64,000 nucleotides of DNA from Eledone cirrhosa. Taxonomy: Eukaryota. Under the pieces are notes generated by a model that made no database searches, was not told the DNA's origin, and saw only the letters and a program-made list of their open reading frames with translations. Within the stretch, counting starts at the first letter, position 1, and each line of letters opens with the position of its first letter. Made by a program: the position numbers and the translations under genes. Positions 40,873 through 54,120 of this stretch are shown here, in pieces. The stretch covers positions 1,116,001-1,180,000 of the forward strand of contig OZ024746.1 in NCBI GenBank assembly GCA_964016885.1, read 5' to 3'.

Positions 40873-41770
40873 ACATGGAATTTTCTACCTGTTATAAATA
40901 GCTGCTAAATCTTATTTACATTCCATACAAACTTCCTTAATGAGGAAACACAATGGAGTCCTATAGAAAACAGGATGACTGGAACTCATTTTCTAGTTGT
41001 TGAACAGAGATCTAGAATTAAACTATACAGCAATGAAATAGAAACCATATATATATATATATATATTTACACATACACACACACATACATACACACGTAT
41101 ATATATATTCACGCATACACACACATATATATACACACACACTGCATATGATAAATATTTGAATATATCTGGTGTAGAAGTTAAATATTCAATTTAAAAT
41201 CCTACGATTTCTTCATACGCGCGCGTGCGTGCGTAAATATGCATATTTATTTGCATATGACAAAAGCACACGCACGTTAATACGCACATACACATATATA
41301 TATATGTATTAGATATATTCACACACACACGTATGTGTTGGGTGCAAATGCGTATCTATATGTATACTCACAAACACAAATATTAAATATATGTATATAT
41401 ATAAAACAGACTCCTGTGTATAGACATGTGTGTATGTGCATGTATGTATGTATATGTATGTATGTGTGTGTGTGTGTGTGTGTATCTATAGAGATAAATA
41501 TGTATGTGTGTGTGTGTGTCTGTGTGTGTGTGTGTGTGTGTAAACTGTAAAGATAGTTTTAATATATGCGATGTATGAAGTATTAAATGACTTCGTCCTG
41601 TTAAAATCTCAAATTTCCTCCAGCCAAATTATATCATTTATAGAATAGAAATTGATGGAAATAAAACAATATTTTTAATATATCAGATCAATAACATCCG
41701 TTAAATGTGATATTAGTTATTGAACAGTAATTAGGGATTTAGAAATAATGCTAAATTGTAGAAATATTAT

Positions 41771-41945
41771 GAGGCTGACCAAGATACTCTCATTGAATCA
41801 CCAAATGAGGTTTATTTTTCAACATAGTCCATGAAAAGAAACAATGTAGTTATTATTAAGAAGAGTTGAAATTAATACATGCAAGATTTCACAGTTCTAG
41901 CATCATCACTCCTTCATAGCTAACCTGTGAACATTTCAGCCGACT
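41771..41945. mobile_element. Inverted copy of the MITE at 18604-18786
   Basis: ggctgaccaagatactctca…aatgaggtttatttttcaacatagtc…ttaatacatgcaagatttcacag. Confidence 0.7.
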
Positions 41946-41971
41946 CTAATGAAACCCTTGAATCAATTTTG

Positions 41972-42158
41972 TGATTTGAGAAGCTGTGATATATGTTACT
42001 AAGAGTCATAGAAGAGAAAATTGAATGGCTGTGTGGTTAAGATGTTCGACAAACCTGGGACCCAATAATTGCCAGCCCAGTCGAACATCTTAACCACGCA
42101 GCCATTCAATGTTCTCTTCTATGACTCTTAGTAACATATATCACAGCTTCTCAAATCA
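41972..42158. repeat. 79-bp inverted repeat with a 29-nt loop
   Basis: 41972-42050 versus 42080-42158, two mismatches. Confidence 0.95.
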
Positions 42159-42279
42159 GGAATTTGAGGGAATTTCTTTTACCCTTGCCTCTGGTGAACT
42201 CAGGCCTTAAGAGAGTAATTTGTTAGATGGAAACTGCTTGGAAGTTTGTTAGATAGGATTGGATAGATAGCTTACGGGA

Positions 42280-42588
42280 TATTAAACCACTGAAAGGTGT
42301 TGGATTTACGATCATAATGTCGTCGGTTCAATTCCTGGGTTGTGTGTTGTGTTCTTGAACAAAACACTTCATTTCACGTTGCTCCAGTTTACTCAGCTGA
42401 AAACGAGTACCAGTAATAGCTGAGGGGGTTTAACTCTGCAATGGACTGGCATCCTGTCCAGGAGGTAGTCTTATACACTCAGTCACTTCACGCCACAAAA
42501 CCAGGATAAGCACCGGCCTGATGAGCCTCCTGGCTCGAGACAGACTTAGACTAGACTTAGACTAGACTTAGACTAGACTTAGACTAGA
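42280..42588 (+). mobile_element. CORE-type tRNA-SINE with (gacttagacta)n tail
   Basis: B box ggttcaattcc; ttcttgaacaaaacacttcatttcacgttgctccagtttactcagctg; gcaatggactggcatcctgtccagg. Confidence 0.75.
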
Positions 42589-43406
42589 GTAAACGACATT
42601 TTATTTTATAGGAAGAATGAACGGTAAAACTTCTGCAGGCAGGATGTGAATGTCGAACGTAAATGTTCATAACGCATGGTCCCGTAACTGTTGGGGAATA
42701 CGTAGGGGTGTCATATTGATAGACGGCGTTTCTTGGGTAGTTTTTAAAACCTGGCAGAGCCCATCTCCTCTCCAAGTCTGAGTACAGCAGGTTTCTTCCA
42801 GAGAGAGAGAGAGAGAGAGAGAGAGAACACCCTCAGTACTTGACTGGTACTTTTTTTAATCAACCCAGAATGGATGAAAGGTGAAGTTGACCTCGGCGGG
42901 ATTTTAACTCAAGTGACAAGTGAGAAGGAACACCACAAAGCATTCTATCCAACTTTCTAACCACTCCTCTGCCAATTCGCCACCTATAAATGGTAAAAAA
43001 CATTCTGTTAATATATTAAATACATCTCCTCGTAAGATCTGCTAGAAATAGCAGCCAAAGTTCGCTTATATTGGACTCTACTACCTTCAAAATGACACGC
43101 TGTAGTTCTGGGAATTGTTGGAAAGACAGTAAGGGGTGATCATTACATGAAGGCATTTGATCCTAGGTGAGATCAGGACAAACCTGGGGTTAAAAAAGAA
43201 CAACAAATTTTTAATCTATGAAATGTGACATTTCTCGAACTTTCAGTAAATTTAATTACTCATCTAGTAAAAGAACAAGATAAAATACGGCTGCGGCTTT
43301 AGTAACATACACTTTCTAAATGATTATACATGCTATGGTTGGCTTAGAAGGTTTATCTCTCTGATAATACATGTACCACCTATCTATCTATCTATCTATC
43401 TATCTA

Positions 43407-43440
<34 letters not shown>

Positions 43441-44370
43441 GGCACTCACAGCCCTCTACCAAGCGGAAACGGCAATCAGCAGAGACTCCACTTCGACATT
43501 CTATAGGGGATTAGTGGAGGATAAGTGCGACGACGTTCTGGGGGAAACTCTGGGCATCGAGGAAGACGAACTGACCAGTCAGTTCGGGAGCACTTTCCGT
43601 CCAGGGCCTATGGATAACTTCCAGGGGTCTCTGGCCTGGCAGTGCTACCGAGGAGCTCTACCAGTTCGAGACAAAATCTACAGGCACGGACGCCCTGGCA
43701 GACATCCTGCCAAAAGGACCTGTCCAAGATGGGAGCAGAACATCGAAATCGTTCTGCACGCAATTGTTCAGTGCCCGGGGGTGATCGACCTTTGGAATTA
43801 TGTCGAACAGCTGCTGTCACGTGTAGGACGCATCCAGTTGCCAGCCGAGTCTATCGTGAGGATCACCCCACCGCCTTCATTTAAGAACGAAGGAGAGGCG
43901 GTTTTCCTCTGTCTGGTGGCTATGGCGGACGAGGTTAAAAGGACTGAGGGCAAGCACCTTTCTCTCCGGACAACATCTTATCCCCTTCTTTAAGTACCAC
44001 TTCAGAAGGAAGGTGAGAGTGGAGAGAGAGGTGCCTCACCCCAGTAAATTCGCTGAAAGGTGGGTGAATGTGGCGAAAATGGCTCGAGTGAATGGGCCTT
44101 CTCTGTATATAAACCTGTAGGTTGAGGAAGATAAACAGAGGGAAGACGGGAACACCTACAAAACGTGTTCCTGGTGTTAAAAGGTTGTTCTATCCATGGG
44201 GTGTAAAACAACCCCGCAGTAACGTTAGCCCCCCACCTCCACCCCCTCGAATGAGAATTTCAATTGTTTTATTTTTATATAGTTTATTGTTATTTATCAT
44301 TGTTAAAGATGTTATGTAAAACCCCGCCGTCTTGTAATGTCCCTTGTACGCCCCTGTGGCAGATAAACAT
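43441..44370 (+). mobile_element. 5'-truncated Tx1/L1-clade LINE (C-terminal zinc knuckle plus 3' UTR)
   Basis: SLAWQCYRGALPVRDK…TCPRW…IVLHAIVQCP…LWNYV; flanked by (TATC/TGTC)n on both sides. Confidence 0.82.
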
Positions 44371-44465
44371 ATCTATCTGTCTGTCTTTCTATTTCCCTAT
44401 CCCTCCACCTGCCAAACTTGTATATTTGTACACACACACATTCTATATATATATATATATATAAG

Positions 44466-44672
44466 GAACGATCAACTTTCGTCAAATCGGACCGAGGGAA
44501 CAATGTTTCCGTTGGTCTTTCCAATTGCTAATACTATCTATCGGTCGCAACTCCAGGTAGAAGGAGCAACGTGAAATAAAGTGTCTTGCTCAAGGACATA
44601 ACGCATCGCCTGGTCCAGGAATCGAACTCACAACCTTACGATTGCGAATCCAATTCTCTAACCACTCAGCCT
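44466..44672 (-). mobile_element. tRNA-derived CORE-type SINE
   Basis: Reverse complement of the 28958-29150 family. Confidence 0.8.
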
Positions 44673-44674
44673 TC

Positions 44675-44749
<75 letters not shown>

Positions 44750-44840
44750 AGATGACTTGAAAAATACCAAACTACAATTAATGTAAGGTATTCAATATTA
44801 TAGAGGGTGCGTTATTTCATAAGGGTGTCTTACACACACA

Positions 44841-44912
<72 letters not shown>

Positions 44913-45138
44913 TGTGTGTGTGTGTGTGTGAGTGTGAGTGTGTGTGAGTGTGTGTGTGTCTCTCTCTATATATAAATATATGTAAATATGTGTGTGAGAA
45001 TAAAATATATATTTATCATCGTATATATAAAGAAAAACAATGATGTTTCGTTTACATGTATTTTTTAATATATACACCCTGCTTGTGCATCGACTGCTTA
45101 TATTGGTACCGCCATCAGATATCTATATATGTACACAC

Positions 45139-45202
<64 letters not shown>

Positions 45203-45205
<3 letters not shown>

Positions 45206-45288
45206 TATTTCTTTATTAGCCACAGGGGCACAAAAGAAGGGGACAAATACAAAGGGGGAAGTTTACATACAATAAAAACGTGTAAAAT

Positions 45289-45328
<40 letters not shown>

Positions 45329-45793
45329 TGTTTCTTTTATTTGCCACTAGGGCATCAAAAGTGAGACAAGTACAAAGGGGGGAGTTTACACAAAAAGGCG
45401 TCCTCAATAAGGAGGAGGCAATAACAAAATATAAAAATAAAATAAGATATAACAAAAAATAAAATTTTTAACAAAATCCTCAATAGAGAGGAGGCGCCTT
45501 GGGGGGTCGCACACACCCCCGAAAAAAGTGTGCAACCCTTCTCCTCAGGAGCACAGAGAAGGGGTGCTCCCTTGGTCTTTCATCTTCCTCACCTATAGTC
45601 TGATGTAGAGTGAAGGCCCATTCACACGGGCCATTCTCGCCACTTTCACCCATCTTTCATAGAAACGGCTGGGGTGCAGCACCTCTCTCTCCATCCTGAT
45701 CCTTCTTCCGAAATGATATCGGAAGAAACGGACCAGTTGTTGGCCAGACTGGTCCGTTTCTTCCGATATCATTTCGGAAGAAGGATCAGGATG

Positions 45794-45795
<2 letters not shown>
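45203..45795 (-). mobile_element. Two tandem Tx1-like 3' ends in (GATA)n, the longer with a fold-back 5' inversion
   Basis: 45593-45737 encodes GQQLVRFFRYHFGRRIRMEREVLHPSRFYERWVKVARMARVNGPSLYIRL*, homologous to 43960-44120; the 3' ends read gccc..gtggc..ataaa.gaaa.atatc; 45690-45737 is the reverse complement of 45748-45795. Confidence 0.8.
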
Positions 45796-45867
<72 letters not shown>

Positions 45868-45948
45868 AATCTGATGGCGGTACCAATATAAGCAGTCGAT
45901 GCACAAGCAGGGTGTATATATAAAAATAAAAAAATACATATAAACGAA

Positions 45949-46023
45949 TCCCCCCTTTGTATTTGTCTCCTTCTTTTGAGCCCTCGTGGCAATAAATAGA
46001 AACATATCTATCTATCTATCTAT
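45949..46023 (+). mobile_element. Tx1-like 3' UTR fragment ending in (TATC)n
   Basis: ccccctttgtatttgtc…gagccctcgtggcaataaatagaaacatatctatc. Confidence 0.75.
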
Positions 46024-46145
46024 GTGTGTGTGTGTTGTTTGAGTTAACCGCGTATTAGTATCGATTAGGTTCTGCATTGGTCCGTGAGGACCCGTCCAAA
46101 CCGTGCTACCTGCAATCTAACGCATGGTATGTCTATATTGATATA

Positions 46146-46278
46146 TACAAGGTGAGTGAGAAGTAACAGGACAGTCCAACACAGTACAATTATGGTATAA
46201 TATATATTATACAGAAAGTTATCTGCGAACTTTAATAAAAATGTATTGACTGTCCGGCTACTTATGACACACCCTGTA
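46146..46278. mobile_element. Small Tc1/mariner-type MITE
   Basis: Termini TACA(A)GGTG…CACCCTGTA with subterminal ggacagtc/gactgtcc. Confidence 0.55.
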
Positions 46279-46295
46279 TGTGTGTGTACATGTAT

Positions 46296-46325
<30 letters not shown>

Positions 46326-46326
<1 letters not shown>

Positions 46327-46481
46327 AGGCCAGTTACTACAACGGTGCCAGGCCTAATACGTACGTTTCGTTACCCCTGAGAGCCAACTTATTCCACTTG
46401 TTCATCGGCGCAAGTTTAACAAGTTGATCCTGAGGGGTAACGAAACGTAGGTACCTGCTATGGTGACGTTGTAGTAAGTGG

Positions 46482-46485
<4 letters not shown>
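46326..46485. repeat. Fold-back element between (TA)n tracts
   Basis: Arms aaggccagttactacaacg / cgttgtagtaagtggcctt and tacgtttcgttacccct / aggggtaacgaaacgta. Confidence 0.8.
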
Positions 46486-46526
<41 letters not shown>

Positions 46527-47120
46527 AGAGATAAGTTGGAAGTAAGATAACATTCAACTCCAAGAGGACCACAGCTGATAGTTGTCAAGGTTACTTATTG
46601 TAGGAACATATCAAATGAATCCTCGTTGTTTCTCACATAACGGAACTTACTGAACAGGATTGACAGAGCAAATATACTGTGGGTGTGTCAGTGTGTGACA
46701 GTATGTGTGTGTGTGTGTGTGTGTCAGTACGTGTGTGTGTGTCAGTACGTGTGTGTGACAGTATGTGTGTGTGTCAGGGGATGTGTGTGTGTGTGTCAGT
46801 ACGTGTGTGTGTCAGTACGTGTGTGCGTCAGTATGTGTGTGTGTCAGTGTGTATCAGTATGTGTCAGTGTGTGTATGTGTCAGTGTGTGTGTCAGTGTGT
46901 GTGTCAGTATGTGTGTGTCAGTGTGTGTGTCAGTATGTGTGTGTGAGTGGATGTAAGTTGTAAAGTTACAGAGAGATATTTATGACAATACGATACAAAT
47001 CTGGCGTGTCGTGCACATGCGTACATAGCTACATTACTACTTCCTGGATATGATTGACTATCACAAAGTCTCAGTGATAGTGATCACGTGCTGTTTTATG
47101 AAATATATTTACATATATAT

Positions 47121-47421
47121 ATACATATCTACATCTAGACAAACATATATATATATATATATACATATCTACATCTAGACAAACTTATATACATATCTAC
47201 ATCTAGACAAACATATATATATACATATCTACATCTAGACAAACTTATATACATATCTACATCTAGACAAACATATATATATACATATCTACATCTAGAC
47301 AAACTTATATACATATCTACATCTAGACAAACATATATATATACATATCTACATCTAGACAAACTTATATACATATCTACATCTAGACAAACTTATATAC
47401 ATATCTACATCTAGACAAACA
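47121..47421. repeat. 28/32-bp minisatellite with 60-bp dimer period
   Basis: atacatatctacatctagacaaac; lines 47161, 47221 and 47281 are identical. Confidence 0.92.
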
Positions 47422-47481
47422 CATATATATATATAAATACATATGTGACAATCTGTGAGTCTATCAAACTACCTTGCTATT

Positions 47482-47535
<54 letters not shown>

Positions 47536-47570
47536 AGTAAGAATATTTTCGAAACAACGAGTGGGTTTGA

Positions 47571-47836
47571 AATTATTAGAAATGTAAGTTATCGCCGTAT
47601 TTTGACTAAAGAAATTAAAGAAACTATTTAGCCTGATAGTGGGGTTAAGAACCCTCGGAGAAATGGAAAAAGATGAGTAATGACGTACATGGGAGTCGAA
47701 CCCACATCTTTGGTTATCCGGACCACTGTGCTACCATTTACACCAACACATCACCCTACTCATCTTTTTCCATTTCTCCGAGGGTTCTTAACCCCACTAT
47801 CAGGCTAAATACGGCGATAGCTTACATTTCTAATAA
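47571..47836. repeat. Long inverted repeat (perfect 55-bp inner arms plus ~30-bp outer arms)
   Basis: 47625-47679 is the exact reverse complement of 47757-47811; 47571-47601 pairs with 47807-47837. Confidence 0.92.
47681..47752 (-). tRNA. tRNA-like cloverleaf (pseudo-tRNA or Pol III head), nominal anticodon GGA, non-canonical C33/U37
   Basis: GATGTGT TG GTGT AAATGGTA GCAC A GTGGT CCGGATA ACCAA AGAT GTGGG TTCGACT CCCAT GTACGTC A; all four stems pair with G-U wobbles and one mismatch. Confidence 0.55.
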
Positions 47837-48491
47837 TATATATATATATAACGAAGGAAGTGTGGTAAGGAACCAGGTGGACCATAACGCACCAGAGTAC
47901 TCAATACTTAGGATAGTAGAGTGGGTAATAGGAAAATGTATGACCCCGACGGCAGAGCTCAAGCCGTTTCGACGGCTATTTCCTATATATATTCCTATAT
48001 ATATATATATATATATCAAGTAGTAATAACTTCATCAGGATGACAAGATATGTTTCATTAGTCTGACGTCATTATTCCTCATAAGACATCTTTTCTACTA
48101 ATGTATTAAGTACCTTATTGAACTGAGCACCCCTTCAGCACCCTTCCGAAAACCAATCTTAATTGTATGTGTGTGTGTGTGTGTGTGCGTGCGTGTGTAA
48201 ACATACATACATGCTTACATATCAATCCAGTCTTCTATTTCCCCCCGTTTTTGTTTTTATTTTTATTATTATCAAATATCTAAATTTTATTCTCTCTACC
48301 AAACAACCACTTTTTTGTTTCTAACTTCCTATGAAGGACTATCAGCTGAAACGTTAGGACATTTGACAACACTATGAATCTTTAAACAAATTTATTTTTA
48401 TCGTATTGTTTCGTTTTTTGTTGTTGCGAAATTTTCTCATATATGAACATATAAAATGTCATATATATATTATATATATACATATAAAATG

Positions 48492-48551
<60 letters not shown>

Positions 48552-48749
48552 GTTTGTTAGTAAAACAGTTTATTTCCTCGTAACTAAAGGCTTCGTGCAG
48601 TTGTAGTTAAGATACAATACTACTGGGTGTATTAGTAAATTGATGATCTGAGATTGAGGACAGTAAACAACTGTAGAAAGGTTGAGGATTGAAGAAGTAA
48701 CTTTACAATTGTAACTCACATAGAAGTGGTTTTAGCGAATGGGGAAGAA

Positions 48750-49000
48750 ACGTGGCTCGCTGGTTAGAGATTCGGCTTTGGAGCTTTAGATCGCGAGATC
48801 CTGGCGACCAATTGTGTCGTTGAGCAAGATACTTTATTTCACGTCGCTCCTATCAACACAGGTAGAAGAAACAAGATGCACCTGTAAGATAAAAAGCCAA
48901 GCCACTTTAATAAGTTATAAGTGTATTTGGAATGCGCAGACACTTGCATGTTAATTTCCTGAGCAGGTGGCTCTGTAATAACTGGAATAGCCGTCATCAG
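48750..49000 (+). mobile_element. Degenerate CORE-type SINE
   Basis: cgtggctcgctggttagag head; gtcgttgagcaagatactttatttcacgtcgctcc core. Confidence 0.55.
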
Positions 49001-49326
49001 AAACGATAGAAGTTCAACAATATATTAATAATTGTTTCTACTTTTGGCACAAGTCCAGCAATTACCCAGTGTATTACTGGTACTTTATTTTATCGACCCC
49101 GTAAGGATGAAAGGCAAAGTTAACCTTTGCAATATATTAATAACATTTAAAAAGTGTTTGGCGTACTTTCGTGAGAAAACGAACTATAATGTATAACTAT
49201 ATACATTATATATATATATATGTGTGTGTTGTATATACATTATATATATATGTGTGTGTGTGTGTATGTATATACATTATATGTGTGTGTGTGTGTGTGT
49301 GTACGTGTGTGTGTGCACGTGTGTGT

Positions 49327-49378
<52 letters not shown>

Positions 49379-49589
49379 ACGTGTGTGAGACACACTCAGA
49401 AGCAGACAGTAGCTGTAGAAGCAGTTGCCATAAATAATAAACTTTAGGGAATTGGGTAAGACGCCATTGTAGCCGGAAAAATGTGGCCGACGCTCCAGGG
49501 AATCGAAACATATCTTTCAGATATAGATGTGTATATATGAAGGTGAATGAGATAATGGTTCGAGCATTGAGCTTGCAACTGTGAGGTTG

Positions 49590-49777
49590 TGAGAAATGAG
49601 TTGCGATGTCACTAGTGCCAATCTGTATCTGCCATTGCCTTTCTCTTGGACAACAATGATTGAGTGGAGAGGAGAGACTGCTATGTATGGCTGACCACTG
49701 GTCTTCCGCCATAGCTTGCGCCTCAGAGTGGAACTTTCTAGATGCAAAACCATTGCCATTCGTGACCGATGGCGGAC

Positions 49778-49780
<3 letters not shown>
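49590..49780 (+). mobile_element. Body of a dispersed SINE-like repeat
   Basis: agaaatgagttgcgatgtcactagtgccaatctgtatctgccattgcctttctcttgga resembles a common cephalopod SINE body (recalled, not verified). Confidence 0.4.
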
Positions 49781-49830
<50 letters not shown>

Positions 49831-49833
<3 letters not shown>

Positions 49834-49963
49834 TTTAATATAGAAATGGCTTCTACAGGACTAGACATATTTCATTCATATGAAATCATCAGGAATGGGC
49901 ATTCCTGATTTCATACGAATGAAACAGTTCTAGTCCTGTAGAAGCCATTTCTATATTAAATAA
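49831..49963. repeat. Near-perfect fold-back (~65-bp arms) next to (TA)n, with a hammerhead-like core
   Basis: Arms ttatttaatatagaaatggcttctacaggactaga / tctagtcctgtagaagccatttctatattaaataa; minus strand reads ctgatga-tttcatatgaat-gaaa. Confidence 0.85.
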
Positions 49964-50171
49964 TGAAGTTCACACGACTTATGTATTGAGTACCTTATCT
50001 ACTGCGGTTATCCTGATTTAACTCGGGATCTACATGTGCGTGTGTGTGTGCGATGTATATTATTAAATATGTGTGCGCGAGTATATATATTAGTCTATAT
50101 TTGAGTGTGTAATATATGCCATTGGGGGTATATATACATGTATGAATGTAACATCGGTGGAGGTACATATG

Positions 50172-50673
50172 TACGAGGACAATCCCAAAAGTAAGGTCTC
50201 CTTCCGATATTGCAACTTTTCCGTTAAAATCTGTGGATGGTGCTTCGGGAAATCTCAGGAACCAAAATGCAGAGAGCATCCAGAGTGATTCGCCGATCTT
50301 TACGCATGTTTTCCTCGGAAGGAGACCTTACTTCTCGTATTGCCCTCGTATATAATAACTGTTTCTACTTTAGGCACAAGGCCAGCAATTACCCAGTGCA
50401 TTACTGGTACTTTATTTTATCGACCCCGTAAGGATGAAAGGCAAAGTCAACCTCGGCGGGAAACTGCGTGAAATTCGTACTTGGCGGTAGCGTTCAACGG
50501 GAGTTCTATTCTCAAAGGCTGCCAAGCCATGATTGAGCATCCCAGAGAAGCGCGCGCATGCTTGTTTGGGAGTGAAGGAAGCACCAATCACAACAGTGTT
50601 GCCAACAGCCGTACGAACAGTTTCTCTGCGTCCCCATCGCTTTGGAGACCTTACTTTTGGTATTACCCTCGTA
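50172..50673. mobile_element. Mariner-type MITE with a second right TIR and an intervening truncated SINE
   Basis: Left TIR tacgaggacaatcccaaaagtaaggtctccttccga; right TIRs end at 50350 and 50673 (ggagaccttactt…ccctcgta); SINE at 50357-50460 on the minus strand. Confidence 0.75.
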
Positions 50674-50685
50674 TATGTATATCAG

Positions 50686-50721
<36 letters not shown>

Positions 50722-50834
50722 AGATATATGTATTATGTATATATATATATAAGATATAATGGTATGTATGTAGAATGAATGACTATACATATGACATGAT
50801 ATATATATAGCATGTTATATATATATATAGCATG

Positions 50835-50890
<56 letters not shown>

Positions 50891-51474
50891 CATGATATAT
50901 ACTATGTAACTATATATATATATATAAGATATGTAGAGTATATATAGGTTAGAAAGGAAAATACCAAAGTTTACTGCTTAATTAGATTGTTTTACGACGT
51001 TTTGGGCAGATTGATTGACGATGAGAGTTAATATGGTATATATTTTGTATATATAATGAAAATAAACATTATATATATATATATAATTGTTTCTACATTT
51101 GGCACAAGGCCAGCAATTACCCAGTGCATTACTGATACCTTATTTTATCGATCCCGTAAGGCCACAAGTGTTTTTTAACCTTCATATCATGTCTTCCTAT
51201 TTTATTTGATGAAAACACAAATATTATTGCATGATGATATTTGTTTTTGAAATGCGCATAATAAAATACATGGAACTCTTTTAACCATCTTTTGATCTTA
51301 TATATTATATATACTCCAGTCCTACAAACTGTAGAGTGCTTCTTATCCGATATCTGCATTGCTTTTTTGTACTACAATAAAACTCACCTCCTACATATAT
51401 ATATATATATATTTCGTTTCTGAATTTGTTTAGCAAGATTCTTATTGGCAACATGACCCTCCCAAAGTATAACA

Positions 51475-51839
51475 ATATATATATATATATATATACATAT
51501 ATTTATATATATATGTATATATATATATTTATATATATATTTATATATATATATTTATATATATATTTATATATATATATATTTATGCACATATTTACAT
51601 ATATAAATATTTATTGTTATACACACATGTGTGTATGTGTGTATACAAATAAGTAAATACACAAATACAAATGCAAAGATATGTATATATAAAAATATTT
51701 GTATACATATTTACATAAAAATATAAATATATATATATATATTTATGTATAAACATACATATATGTATAAATGAGAGCATATGTAAATATATATACATAT
51801 ATGTGTGTGTGTAAGTGTGTATATATATATATATATATA

Positions 51840-51876
<37 letters not shown>

Positions 51877-51977
51877 TCATATATTCATATATATATATAT
51901 GTGTGTGTGTGTATATATATAAATGTGTATGTATATATATATATAAATGTGTATGTATATATATATATAAATGTGTA

Positions 51978-52039
<62 letters not shown>

Positions 52040-52291
52040 GTTTATATAGATGCCTATATATATATAGGCATCTATACATACTTTCACACAATATATATAG
52101 GCATATATACACGTTTTTATATATACATGTATACGTTTGTGTATAATATATATATGTGTGTGTGTGTATGTATATATATATACATATATATGTATACATA
52201 TATATATATATGTATGTGTGTATATATATATATACATATACATGTATACATATATATGTGTGTGTGTATATATATTTATTCATATATATGT

Positions 52292-52341
<50 letters not shown>

Positions 52342-52600
52342 AAATGGGGAGAAGAATACTGCAGGTTGCACATGGATAACATGTTATAAAATGAGTCCCT
52401 CATCAGTGATTTGCCAACGATCATAGATATTTCATTGCATTAATATATATATATATATATACACACACACATATATTTATATGTAGAGCGTAGATATTTC
52501 TATAAGATGTAGATTCTTTACGGTCGAATTTCGATCGTGAATATATTTTACTTGGAAGCCATTTAATCTCGACTATATTTCGTTGTCTATGGGTATATTA

Positions 52601-52658
<58 letters not shown>

Positions 52659-53238
52659 TATATATATATACAGGCACACTCATATATATATTATGTATAT
52701 ATTATGTGTGTATATTTATATATATATATATATACAGGGACACTCATATATATATTATATATATATTATGTGTGTATATATATATATATATATGTACGGG
52801 CACACTCATATATATATATTATGAATATATATATATATATAATGTATAAAAATCAATACAATATAATTACCTCATTACCAGAGGTTTCCCGAATGAGGCG
52901 AATACGAAAGAAACGTCTTCATTCGTTCGTCAGACGAGGCAATATAAAACATGGGTAAATACTTGGAAAGTCTCATCAAGAAAAGCAAAAAAAAAAAAAA
53001 TAAATAAAAAAAGATATAGACAAATGAATTAGAATATGAAATATATAATAATCTTTCAAGAAATATAGTTAGGTGTGTGTATATGTATGTATATACGCTC
53101 ACAGATGTGCATATATGTGTATGCACACACATATGTATACGTATAGAGAAAAAGTGTGCGTAAATGTATAATTTAGGGCAAATGTATCTGTATGTCTGAA
53201 ATCTACATATATATATATATATATGTCTGTAATCTACA

Positions 53239-53279
<41 letters not shown>

Positions 53280-54014
53280 GCACACTCATATGTATATTAT
53301 GTGTATACCGTATACATGTATGTGCACAAATATATATATATATATATATATACATATATATATGTATATATATATATATATATGTGTGTGTGTATATATA
53401 TATGTGTGTGTGTGTGTATATATATGTCTGTGTGTGTACGTATGAAGGTATGTGCAAAATATAAACGGAAACAATGCATATTAGATTTACGCTTGATATA
53501 GCAGGAATGTGTGTATACATACAGTGGCAGAATGTGTGTATATACACTGGTAGAATGTGTGTATATACACTAGTAGAATGTGTGTATATATACATACACT
53601 GGTAGAAAAATAAACCTTCAAATCATTTTATTACTTTTTACCAATTTTAACGAAATATGATGGCTATATATATATATATATATAGATAGATAGATAGATA
53701 TATATAGATATAGATAGATATATATATATATATAGATATATATATATATATAGATATATATATAGATAGATATAGATATATATATATAGATAGATATAGA
53801 TATATATATAGATCGATATAGATAAATATAGATAGATATATAGATATATATAGATAGATATATAGAGATATATATAGAGATATATCTATATATCTATCTA
53901 TATATATATATATAGATAGATATAGATAGATATATATCGATATATATAGAGATATATAGAGATATATATCGATATATATAGATATATATATAGATATATA
54001 TAGATTTATATATA

Positions 54015-54092
<78 letters not shown>

Positions 54093-54120
54093 TATATATA
54101 TAGAGAGATATATAGAGATA
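51475..54120. repeat. Compound (TA)n/(TG)n/(TAGA)n low-complexity region
   Basis: Direct reading. Confidence 0.9.

Noticed and set aside
42514-42545. ctgatgagcc hammerhead-like start
   Set aside because: No GAAA after the stem; it is part of the SINE 3' tail.
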